Sequence record: PV231354.1 | Direction: 5' to 3' (one strand) | Length of the DNA stretch: 64,000 bases | Shown: one piece after another, positions 1 to 7,572 of the stretch | Layout of the letters: each line of letters starts with the position of its first letter | Position numbering within the stretch: the first letter of the stretch is position 1 | Made by a program: the position numbers and the translations under genes | The notes under the pieces: generated by a model | Seen by the model: the letters and a program-made list of their open reading frames with translations, nothing else | What the model was told of the DNA's origin: nothing | Databases searched by the model: none

Positions 1-2
1 GC

Positions 3-308
3 GAACCGACCGACGACGAGACCGCCAAGGTCGTGAAGAAGTACATCGCCGGCCTGGAGACCTCGATCGAGGCCGCCCGGAGCGAGGAGGAGCGCTCGCG
101 CTTCATCGTCGAGAAGCGGCGCCTGGAGGGCTTCCTGCCGCAGATGCTCGACGGCGGTCACCTGACCGACGCCATCCACGTGACCCTGGCCAAGCTGGGC
201 GTCGATCGCGACGTCAAGAGCACCAAGGCGGTGGTCGCCGATCTGCAAGAGACCTACCCCGGTCAGATTGACCCGGCGGCCGTCTCGCGCTACCTTCGCA
301 ACGTCTGA
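3..308 (+). CDS. GatB/YqeY domain protein (5' partial)
   Basis: Frame is open from the window start (EPTDDETAKVVKKYIAG...LEGFLPQML...VVADLQETYPGQIDPAAVS), matching the YqeY C-terminal pattern. Confidence 0.75.
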   Translation, partial: EPTDDETAKVVKKYIAGLETSIEAARSEEERSRFIVEKRRLEGFLPQMLDGGHLTDAIHVTLAKLGVDRDVKSTKAVVADLQETYPGQIDPAAVSRYLRNV

Positions 309-335
309 TCCCAGACGAAATCCCAACCAGAACTC

Positions 336-365
336 AAAAGGCCCCGGAGCGATCCGGGGCCTTTT
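336..365. terminator. Bidirectional rho-independent terminator
   Basis: AAAAGGCCCCGGA-GCGA-TCCGGGGCCTTTT between convergent genes. Confidence 0.9.
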
Positions 366-377
366 CTTCGTCCAGGT

Positions 378-698
378 CTACCGGCGCTGCGCCGGCGGAT
401 CGCCATAGATGACGGGGTAGTGGGCGCGCACGTCAGGCGGCGTGAAGTCGCCCCCGTCCTTGACGCACTCGCGCGCCCGCATGACGGTGTGGTCGTAGAG
501 GGTCAGAAGCTCCTCGCGCGTCAGCGCCATCAGGGCGTTGGTGAACCAGACGCGCTGGGAGCCGTGGACCTCGGTCGGCTCGTAAGGCAGCGGCGCGGTC
601 AAGAACACCTGATGCGCGCGGTTCTCACGCCAGTTGGCGATCTTGAGCGCCCGCTGGAGGAGGCCCATGGGGTTGACGTCTTCGTTAGGCGGCTTCAT
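378..698 (-). CDS. hypothetical protein
   Basis: Start moved to MKPPNED, which overlaps the ligase stop. Confidence 0.7.
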   Translation of the reverse strand: MKPPNEDVNPMGLLQRALKIANWRENRAHQVFLTAPLPYEPTEVHGSQRVWFTNALMALTREELLTLYDHTVMRARECVKDGGDFTPPDVRAHYPVIYGDPPAQRR

Positions 699-1758
699 CG
701 TCGGTGTCCTCTTGCTTGGCCAGCCAGTCGGCGTAGAGCGCCTCCAGGACCTTGACGCGGGCGCCGTCCATGTCGGACGGATCACGCAGGCCCTCGAACA
801 CCCCGTGGCGCGGCAGGTCGTAGTCGCCGGCCAGGGCGTAGCTCATCTTGACGAACTGACCCACCGGCGGGTTGACGAAGTAGTCGGCCTTGGTCTTGTC
901 GTTGAGGCCCGAGGCGATCCGCGCCACCTTGCCCGGCCATTCGGGGAAGATCACCAGCAGCTTGCCGGCGCGGCCCTTGGCGGCCTTGTTCGCCTTGTGG
1001 GTCGAGCGCTTGGTGTAGCCGCGCTCGTCGAGCGTCGCCTCGTTGTTGTTGGCGAACTCCTCCTCGACGCCGATGCAGACGCCCTCCAGGTCGGCCTTGT
1101 CCTTGGCCTTGACGTTGTAGCCCTCCAGGACCGTCGAGCGGCCGGGCTTGTAGGGGCCGTCGATCGCGCAGAAGATCAGGCCCTCGTCCTCGTTCTCCAG
1201 CGCCTCCAGGTACATGGCCAGCGCCTCCTCGGCGTTGCGAAGCAGGCGCTGCTCCAGGACCACTACCCACGACGGCAGGGACAGTTCCAGGGCCTTGAGC
1301 GCGGCGAGGCGCTCGGCCTTGCCGCCCGGCGCCAGGAAGTGCTCGAAGACATAGTAGCGGATGTCGGGCTCGCCCTCATGGGTCATCACCGCCGAGGTCG
1401 AGCCCCGGAAGTTCAGCTTGCCATCGGTCAGGATGCCGATCTCGCCGTCCAGGCCGTGCGGCAGCGTCGACAGCAGCTTGCGCACGTGCAGGTTCGGGAT
1501 GTACTTCAGCGACCGGGTGATGCCGTGGCCGATCGTGTCGCGCTCGTTGGTCACCCAGCCGGCCTCGGTGTGGGTGATCGCCGCCTCGATCCTGTCGGGA
1601 TGCACCGGCGAGACGCTGGCCCGGACCCCGTCCTTTTTGAAGGACCCGTAGCAGGGGAACGTGATCCGCGTGGCGAACTCGCTGGGCTTGACCGAGTCGG
1701 TGTCGGCTAGGGCGATACGGAAGCGCTTGTAAAGCTTGGGCTTCTTGATCTTGCTCAT
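685..1758 (-). CDS. lig: Minimal ATP-dependent DNA ligase
   Basis: Motif I FPCYGSFKKDGVR (KxDGxR), LDGEI, YYVFE, EGLIF, motif V KAK, C-terminal OB fold ending PRHGVFEGLR; GAGGGG RBS before MSKIKK. Confidence 0.93.
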   Translation of the reverse strand: MSKIKKPKLYKRFRIALADTDSVKPSEFATRITFPCYGSFKKDGVRASVSPVHPDRIEAAITHTEAGWVTNERDTIGHGITRSLKYIPNLHVRKLLSTLPHGLDGEIGILTDGKLNFRGSTSAVMTHEGEPDIRYYVFEHFLAPGGKAERLAALKALELSLPSWVVVLEQRLLRNAEEALAMYLEALENEDEGLIFCAIDGPYKPGRSTVLEGYNVKAKDKADLEGVCIGVEEEFANNNEATLDERGYTKRSTHKANKAAKGRAGKLLVIFPEWPGKVARIASGLNDKTKADYFVNPPVGQFVKMSYALAGDYDLPRHGVFEGLRDPSDMDGARVKVLEALYADWLAKQEDTDDEAA

Positions 1759-2216
1759 CTCAATTTCCCCTCGATCAACTTGAGGCCGGGCTGGTCCCGG
1801 TCCATCTGGTAGACGGTGTAGCGATCGCCGTCGAACTCGACGCTGTAGACCCGGATGCCGGCGTTGAGGCACTGCATCCACATGTCGCGCGTGCCCGGCC
1901 CGCCGGGAAACGCCACGCAGACGTCGGGCTGGCTGGTCTCACGCATGCGGGTGTTGCGCCGCTTGGGCGCATCGTCGCCCTCGCCGTCGAGCGCCGGGTC
2001 GACCTTGTAGACCTCGGTGGCGAACCCCCACTTCGCGGCCCAGGCGCGGCAGAGCCGGTCATAGCCCACCGCGTCGCCGTCGACCCAGATCATGTCGCGC
2101 GGCCAGCGCAGCGCCGAGACCAGGGCGGACAGCACAAGGGTGGGCGCGATCTCGACGACGCCGACCCGGCCGCCGCAGACCACCGCGACGAAAGGACGTT
2201 CAGCTTCAGGCGTCAT
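1755..2216 (-). CDS. SLOG/YspA-like (DUF2493-type) protein
   Basis: VVCGGR, GDAVGYD, RRNTRM, VAFPGGPGTRDM motifs. Confidence 0.8.
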   Translation of the reverse strand: MTPEAERPFVAVVCGGRVGVVEIAPTLVLSALVSALRWPRDMIWVDGDAVGYDRLCRAWAAKWGFATEVYKVDPALDGEGDDAPKRRNTRMRETSQPDVCVAFPGGPGTRDMWMQCLNAGIRVYSVEFDGDRYTVYQMDRDQPGLKLIEGKLR

Positions 2217-4119
2217 CGAAGATGTCCGGGTTGAGGATTTCGGGTTCCATGTCGATGAACGAGCCGTCGAGCTTACCCGAGCGCACGCCCGGCGTCGGTG
2301 CCTCATAGCGCGGGTTGAGCAGGTCCATCTCCAGGCGGTGGCGCTGGTATTCGTTATGCGAGTTGTACCTGTACTTGTTGTGGTACATCTTGGACGCGTG
2401 TTCCATGGTCTCCTCGGGCGGCGCGTAGCTGCGCCCCCGCCTGCCGCCGCCGTAGTCGTAGTGCGGGCTGCGGAAGTTGCCGCCGAACTCGCGGTCCGAC
2501 AACGCCGCCTGCTGCTGCAACCGGTCGCGGAACTTGCCGTAGCGCGCCGTCACGGCCGCGTGGTAGAGGCCCACGTCCGCCAGGAGCTTGATCAAGGGCT
2601 TGAACGACTTCTGCCCGTCGGAGAACTCCGTCACCGCGTCGACGAAGGCCTGGGCCGCCTTGACGGCCCTGGGCGAGCCGCCCAGCCAGGACAGAATTTG
2701 ACCGCCCTCGACGTCGTAGCAGGAGCCGTTGATCGCCCAGCCGCGCTCGGCCTCGTCCCAGGTCCACTGCGCGTTGTGCATCAGGGCCAGGACACCGAAC
2801 GGATCGTAGCGATCCTTGCCGTCGCGCAGGACCCCAAAGCCGAACTTGGTCTTGGCCATCAGCCCCGTCCATTCGGCCATGATGCCGGCATCCACCGACA
2901 TCTGCTGGAGCAGCTTCTGGAGGTAGCGCACGTTCGCCGGCACGTCGGTGCTGGTGCTGTCGCGCACGATCGTGCCTTGGAACGTCGTCCACGCCTCCAG
3001 GGTGCAGAACCGCTGGTGCAGCGGCTGGCGATCGTATTCCTGGCGCACGTTGTCAAGCTGCGCGAACTCGTCGAACGCGCCATAGCCGCCGTAACGGTCC
3101 CGGCGCCGATAGTACATGTCGCCGCCGACCTTCATGATCGGCATGTCGGCGTGGGCTTCGAAGATGTTGCCCAGGTCGTAGTAGCCGTCGTAGTCCCTGG
3201 TCTTTTCCAGTTCAGCGTCGGGGATCGCCCACAGGCCCGTCCACTCGCCGTCCGGACCCCAGAGGAAGAGGTTGGCCATCGGCCCCATCTCCTCCACCGT
3301 CGGGGTCCGCTCGGGCAGATAGGGCGCGAAGTGGTGGGCGTTCTTGTGGATGAACTCACGCACGTGGACTTCGTAGCGGTCGCTCGCGCGCCCGTGACGG
3401 CCATACATATCGTGATGGATCGAAGACATCTTGGTGTCCATGTACTTGAGGGGCGAGGCGGCCAGCCAGCGCATCATGTCTTTTTGATAGGGGCGCAGCG
3501 ACAGGGCTTGATGGTCACGCATGATCTCGGCGGCGGTCTTGCCCTGCGCCTTGTGGCTGGTGACGGGGAAGCCGTAGAGCTTGTCGACCATCTCCTTGAG
3601 CCGCGACTTGCCCGCCTGACGCGGGGCGACGTGTACCGTGCGGCAGAGGTTGTCGAACTTGGCGTCCAAGGGAGCAGGCCAGGGGGACGGCCAGGGCGCG
3701 TCGAACGCGGTGACGTCCTGCAACATGGCCGCCTCGTCGATGAGCCACGTGTTGTTCAGGGTGTCGTGCCCGAAGAACCGGTGAATCGTGCTGCCGGTCT
3801 TGCTGGCCGGGTCGATGCCGTAATGGACCTTGAACGGCCCCAGGGTGGCGTCCTCGATCTTGCGCTGCATCTCCTTGAGCCGCTCTTCGATCGACGGTAG
3901 GTCCGAGGCCTGCTCCAGGACCTTGATCTCCAGCGGGAACACGCTGTCCTTCCAATCGGGCTTGGCCTGGGTCGTCTTGGCGACCTTCAGCGTGTCCGCC
4001 AGCTTCTGGATCGACTTGGCCGCCTTGCCGGTCGGCGCCGGCACGAAGAAGCTGGAGGGCGCGGGCGGCTCCTTGAACAGGCTGAAGACGTCGGCCGGCG
4101 GGGCGCTGACCTGCTTCAT
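2206..4119 (-). CDS. Large hypothetical protein carrying isolated terminase/helicase-like motifs
   Basis: Long ORF in operon orientation; start moved to MKQVS, just after the DUF1643 stop; motifs listed under findings. Confidence 0.75.
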   Translation of the reverse strand: MKQVSAPPADVFSLFKEPPAPSSFFVPAPTGKAAKSIQKLADTLKVAKTTQAKPDWKDSVFPLEIKVLEQASDLPSIEERLKEMQRKIEDATLGPFKVHYGIDPASKTGSTIHRFFGHDTLNNTWLIDEAAMLQDVTAFDAPWPSPWPAPLDAKFDNLCRTVHVAPRQAGKSRLKEMVDKLYGFPVTSHKAQGKTAAEIMRDHQALSLRPYQKDMMRWLAASPLKYMDTKMSSIHHDMYGRHGRASDRYEVHVREFIHKNAHHFAPYLPERTPTVEEMGPMANLFLWGPDGEWTGLWAIPDAELEKTRDYDGYYDLGNIFEAHADMPIMKVGGDMYYRRRDRYGGYGAFDEFAQLDNVRQEYDRQPLHQRFCTLEAWTTFQGTIVRDSTSTDVPANVRYLQKLLQQMSVDAGIMAEWTGLMAKTKFGFGVLRDGKDRYDPFGVLALMHNAQWTWDEAERGWAINGSCYDVEGGQILSWLGGSPRAVKAAQAFVDAVTEFSDGQKSFKPLIKLLADVGLYHAAVTARYGKFRDRLQQQAALSDREFGGNFRSPHYDYGGGRRGRSYAPPEETMEHASKMYHNKYRYNSHNEYQRHRLEMDLLNPRYEAPTPGVRSGKLDGSFIDMEPEILNPDIFDDA

Positions 4120-4129
4120 CAGCGCCGCG

Positions 4130-4762
4130 CTAGGCGCCCCTAAGAGGCTCGAAAGGCTGCTCGCTGGGGATGTAGAGGGGGTGGCGAGGATGCCCGCCTT
4201 TGGACTTGCCGAGGCACTTGACTTCGACCCCGGTGATTTCGGCTTGCTGGACCGCGCCATAGTCTTGATCCTTGAACTCCCCATGGACACCCCAGCCGGC
4301 GATGACGTCGGCCTTGGCGGTGACAGCGTACTCGAAAGCGTGTTGCAGGAAACGGGCGTTGAGTGGCCCGATCGGGTCGGGCGCGGCCTTCATGATCGCG
4401 GGCGACTTTGACCGGAAGGCGAAGAGGTTGACCACGATGATCCCGCCGTAGTCGTCGCGGCGCGCAAAGCCCATGCAGCGCCGGATGGTGTTGTCGTCGA
4501 CTTGCGCGGTGGCGGTAGACGGATTGAGCATCATGAAGATCAGCAGCGGCTTGCTCGGGTCCCAGACCCGCATCAGCATGTAGCGGAAGGTCTCGCAGTC
4601 CGAGAGGATCGCGGCCTTGATCACGCCGTCCTCGATCACCACGTCGCCATAGACGCCGGTGATCTCCGGATCGTCGATCGACAGTTCGGCGGTCCCGTCC
4701 TCCAGGACCCGCAGGAAGTCGCCCCAGGAGGGCGCGCTCAGTTGTGCGGTGATCGTCGTCAT
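4130..4762 (-). CDS. DUF1643 family protein
   Basis: FRYMLMRVWD, MLNPSTA, DDNTIRRC, VVNLFAFR, AGWG, GHPRHPLY. Confidence 0.88.
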   Translation of the reverse strand: MTTITAQLSAPSWGDFLRVLEDGTAELSIDDPEITGVYGDVVIEDGVIKAAILSDCETFRYMLMRVWDPSKPLLIFMMLNPSTATAQVDDNTIRRCMGFARRDDYGGIIVVNLFAFRSKSPAIMKAAPDPIGPLNARFLQHAFEYAVTAKADVIAGWGVHGEFKDQDYGAVQQAEITGVEVKCLGKSKGGHPRHPLYIPSEQPFEPLRGA

Positions 4763-4768
4763 TCCTGA

Positions 4769-4798
4769 CATTTGCCCCGAGACGGCCGGCTTTGTCAA
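4769..4798 (-). promoter_or_regulatory. Possible sigma70-type promoter
   Basis: TTGACA at 4798-4793 just downstream of a terminator; -10 element is poor. Confidence 0.35.
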
Positions 4799-4810
4799 CG
4801 CTTGGAATCA

Positions 4811-4838
4811 AAAGGGCCGCCCCGCAGGACGGCCCTTT
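4811..4838 (-). terminator. Rho-independent terminator
   Basis: AAAGGGCCG-10 nt-CGGCCCTTT hairpin followed by a T run on the - strand. Confidence 0.8.
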
Positions 4839-4844
4839 CTCGAC

Positions 4845-5040
4845 CTTACCAGACTTCGCCGAGTATGCACGTCCGCCTGGACGTCGACCGCCTCGGAGTC
4901 TGGTCTTGTAGCGCCTCTAACGCTTGCCCCTCCGCACCCCGATCAAGGAAACCAGAAATCGGGTCGGATGGTCTAATGGGCGGCAGGTGATCGCTGGCGG
5001 TCTCTTCCGTGTAGGGCCTCCTACCACTTGCGGCTCTGTT
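4845..5040 (-). ncRNA. Candidate structured non-coding RNA
   Basis: ~200-nt gap in an otherwise gene-packed region; five stems, G-U pairs favouring the - strand, and long-range alternative pairings. Confidence 0.55.
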
Positions 5041-5319
5041 CTAGGATCGCGGCGCTACGTCGTCAACCTCAAGCAGGGCCTTTTGAGCCAGGGCGCGGTT
5101 GTACTCCAGGAGCTTGCGAAGAGCCTTGCGGTCTCCTTCAGCCATGGCGTAGAGCCGCACCACGTCGTCGAAGTCGAACTCGTTGACGAGGTCGCGTAGG
5201 TCCTGGTCCATCCTGTCGATGGTCCGAAACAGGCGCTCGCGGTACTGGCGGCGCTCACGCTGGCGGCGGCGGGCGACGAGGGTGCCGATCCGCTGCCGCA
5301 CGCGACGATGGCGCAGCAT
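5041..5319 (-). CDS. hypothetical protein with Arg-rich N-terminus
   Basis: Coupled to the upstream gene (TGATG); N-terminus RHRRVRQR...RRRQRERRQYRER. Confidence 0.7.
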   Translation of the reverse strand: MLRHRRVRQRIGTLVARRRQRERRQYRERLFRTIDRMDQDLRDLVNEFDFDDVVRLYAMAEGDRKALRKLLEYNRALAQKALLEVDDVAPRS

Positions 5320-5831
5320 CAGAGCGGCTTAGGCGCGTGCCAGTCCTCGCGGTCGTCGGCATAGAGCACCGACGCCAGCGGCCCGGTCCCGATGTCGCAC
5401 TTGGCGGCGATCCCCACCGCCTGGGCGGCCGTGGCGCCCATGTGAAGCGCTCCCAGGGCCGACCACGTACCCGAGCCGAAGGCGTAGAAGGGCGCGCGCA
5501 TCACATAGGCCGGCGCGCCGCTCTCGAACCGCAGGCAGGAGCCATCGGGGAGGATGACGTAACCGTTGGTCTCCTTGTCGGGCTTCTCGGGGCGGCCCAT
5601 GTCGCAGTACGGCCCCTTGCCGCCATCCGCCAGCCACTCATCGAACTTCTCGGACTTGACCCAGTCGAGGAAGATTTGGACGTAGGACGACTCGCCCGCC
5701 GCACCGAAGAGCAGCGTGCCGCCCGGCCCGGTGCGCTTGCCGATCTTGGGAACGTCCCCGCAGGGGGTCCACAGGTCCAGCACCCGCGCATCGGCGGCCA
5801 GGGCGCCGTCTCGATAGACGATACACGTCAT
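5319..5831 (-). CDS. HslV/proteasome-beta-like Ntn hydrolase
   Basis: N-terminal M-T-C-I, ALAADAR, K, LFGAAG, AFGSG, AVGIAAKCDIGT; GGAG RBS. Confidence 0.78.
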   Translation of the reverse strand: MTCIVYRDGALAADARVLDLWTPCGDVPKIGKRTGPGGTLLFGAAGESSYVQIFLDWVKSEKFDEWLADGGKGPYCDMGRPEKPDKETNGYVILPDGSCLRFESGAPAYVMRAPFYAFGSGTWSALGALHMGATAAQAVGIAAKCDIGTGPLASVLYADDREDWHAPKPL

Positions 5832-5862
5832 ACGTCCAAACTCCTACTGATGTCTTCTAGGT

Positions 5863-6552
5863 TTAGCGCGGTGCGCGCGGCAGGCGGGCGGCGGCCGGGT
5901 TCTTCAGCGAGCCGGTGGTCGGCCCGGCTTGGCGAGCGCCGGCCTTGGGGTTGAAGCCCTCGGGCAGGAGCGGCGTGCGGGACTTGCCCGAAGCGGCGGC
6001 GCGCTCCTTGACGAGGTCGTCACCCCCTTCGCTCTGGACCTTGGCGTCGGAGACCAGCTTGTCGCGGCGCTTGGAGGGCGCGACGTTGTTGGACTGGACG
6101 GTGCCGTCCGAGCCGGCCGCGATCTGGCGCGTCGTCAGGTCGACGACCGCGTTGACCAGCGCCGACAGCATCGCCTTTTCGGCGCTGACCGAGGCTGCGG
6201 TCGAGGCGCCCGTGAACCCGGTCTCCTCACCCTTCGCCTTGCCGCTGACGCGCACGGTGATCTGCTTGGTCTTCTTGTTCTTCAGGAAGCCCGAGACCTC
6301 TTCGCGCGTCGAGACGTCGACCCGCGCGCCCGGCGCGATGTGCTCCAGCAGCGCCAGGGCGGCGTGATAGCTGCTGGTGAAATTGAGCGCGCCCTTGTAG
6401 CCGCTCGGGACGGCGATGGTCTTCTCGATCGTTTGATCGATGACCGTCGTGGCCAGATAGGTGGGCTCAGGATCGCGCAGGTAGGTGTCGACCTGCTCCT
6501 TCACGGCCCGCAGGCGGTTGATGTCGATTGAAAGGGCGCGGGTGGCGACCAT
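5863..6552 (-). CDS. hypothetical protein
   Basis: Start moved to MVATRAL (GGAG RBS). Confidence 0.7.
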   Translation of the reverse strand: MVATRALSIDINRLRAVKEQVDTYLRDPEPTYLATTVIDQTIEKTIAVPSGYKGALNFTSSYHAALALLEHIAPGARVDVSTREEVSGFLKNKKTKQITVRVSGKAKGEETGFTGASTAASVSAEKAMLSALVNAVVDLTTRQIAAGSDGTVQSNNVAPSKRRDKLVSDAKVQSEGGDDLVKERAAASGKSRTPLLPEGFNPKAGARQAGPTTGSLKNPAAARLPRAPR

Positions 6553-6562
6553 GGGACTGCTC

Positions 6563-7114
6563 CTATTCCTGTTCATCGATCGCCTGGGCGACCTGGGTGC
6601 TGCTGTAGCGGTAGTTGTTCCAGTGGTCGCTCGTGGCGTAGCGACCCTTGCGCTTGAGGCTGACCTCGACTTCCGGCGAGACCAAGCCCATCTTCTCTCC
6701 GGCCGCGATGAGGTCGAAGAACTTCTGCTGCCAGGGCGGCGGCATCTCCTGGAGGGACATGCGCGGCAGGGTGAACCACGCCATCCGCCCCAGGCCGAAG
6801 AAGCGATCGACCGGTGCGTAGGGCATGGGCATGTCCCCGGCATAATGGACGACCCGCCCGTCGCTCTCCTTGACCGAGTGCGTGTACGCGGCAATCCTGG
6901 CGCGCTCGTAGGCCTCGTCTTCCGCCTGCCGGATAAGCAGGGCGCGGATGTCCTCGGGACAGCCCTGGAAGAACGCCTCATCCTTGGGGGTGAGGCAGTC
7001 GGCCAGGGCCGCCTTGAGCGCGCTGCGCATCTCATCGAGCGCCTGGGCCGCGTCCTCGTCCCGATCGGGATGGAAGTCGTCGGCGATCTCAGCGATGCGG
7101 TCACGCAGGTTCAT
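6563..7114 (-). CDS. hypothetical protein
   Basis: Start moved to MNLRDR, coupled to the upstream stop. Confidence 0.7.
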   Translation of the reverse strand: MNLRDRIAEIADDFHPDRDEDAAQALDEMRSALKAALADCLTPKDEAFFQGCPEDIRALLIRQAEDEAYERARIAAYTHSVKESDGRVVHYAGDMPMPYAPVDRFFGLGRMAWFTLPRMSLQEMPPPWQQKFFDLIAAGEKMGLVSPEVEVSLKRKGRYATSDHWNNYRYSSTQVAQAIDEQE

Positions 7115-7572
7115 TGGCAGACCTTCACGGGGTCGACGGCCGCGACCGGCGACATGTAGGTGTCGGGGTCCCAGGCGCCGGGGACGTTGCCGCCCTCGAT
7201 GTACTGGTAGTCCGGCGACGGCGGCCTCATCGAGCCGCCGTTGCTGGCGACCTTGCCCGGATTGGGATAGGCCGATAGCCACAGGCGCCCGTCGGTGCCG
7301 CGCAGGACAAATTGCCCGCTCTGGCGGCAGACCTTGGCGATCTGCATCCGCCATGCGTAGTTGAGCTTGCGCTTCTTGGCGGCCTCGTCGCGCAGCCACT
7401 GCTCATGGCCCATCCGCGCCCACCGAGCCCTCTTGGCGACGAGGGCCTTGTGCTCGGGCGACCAGCGCAGGTTCTGCTCCTCGTCGAACGACACCGACAC
7501 CGTCACCAGCAAGAGGAGGACCAGGACACCAAGCACCGGGAGCCAGAAGAGCGGATCACGCAGGCGAGACAT
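7111..7572 (-). CDS. Membrane-anchored hypothetical protein
   Basis: N-terminal hydrophobic helix; coupled start/stop. Confidence 0.7.
   Translation of the reverse strand: MSRLRDPLFWLPVLGVLVLLLLVTVSVSFDEEQNLRWSPEHKALVAKRARWARMGHEQWLRDEAAKKRKLNYAWRMQIAKVCRQSGQFVLRGTDGRLWLSAYPNPGKVASNGGSMRPPSPDYQYIEGGNVPGAWDPDTYMSPVAAVDPVKVCQ

Noticed and set aside
2206-4119. Calling this ORF a terminase large subunit or helicase
   Set aside because: Motifs are out of order, come from different families and are too closely spaced to build an ATPase fold
4846-5040. 64 open codons continuing in frame after the TAG of 5041..5319 (possible read-through)
   Set aside because: Codon usage (AGA, AGG, ATT, TTA, CTA, ATA) is unlike the phage genes; the RNA structure explains the region better
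5851-5880. Promoter for the HslV-like gene (TAGAAG plus GGAG)
   Set aside because: No recognisable -35 hexamer at 17-18 nt
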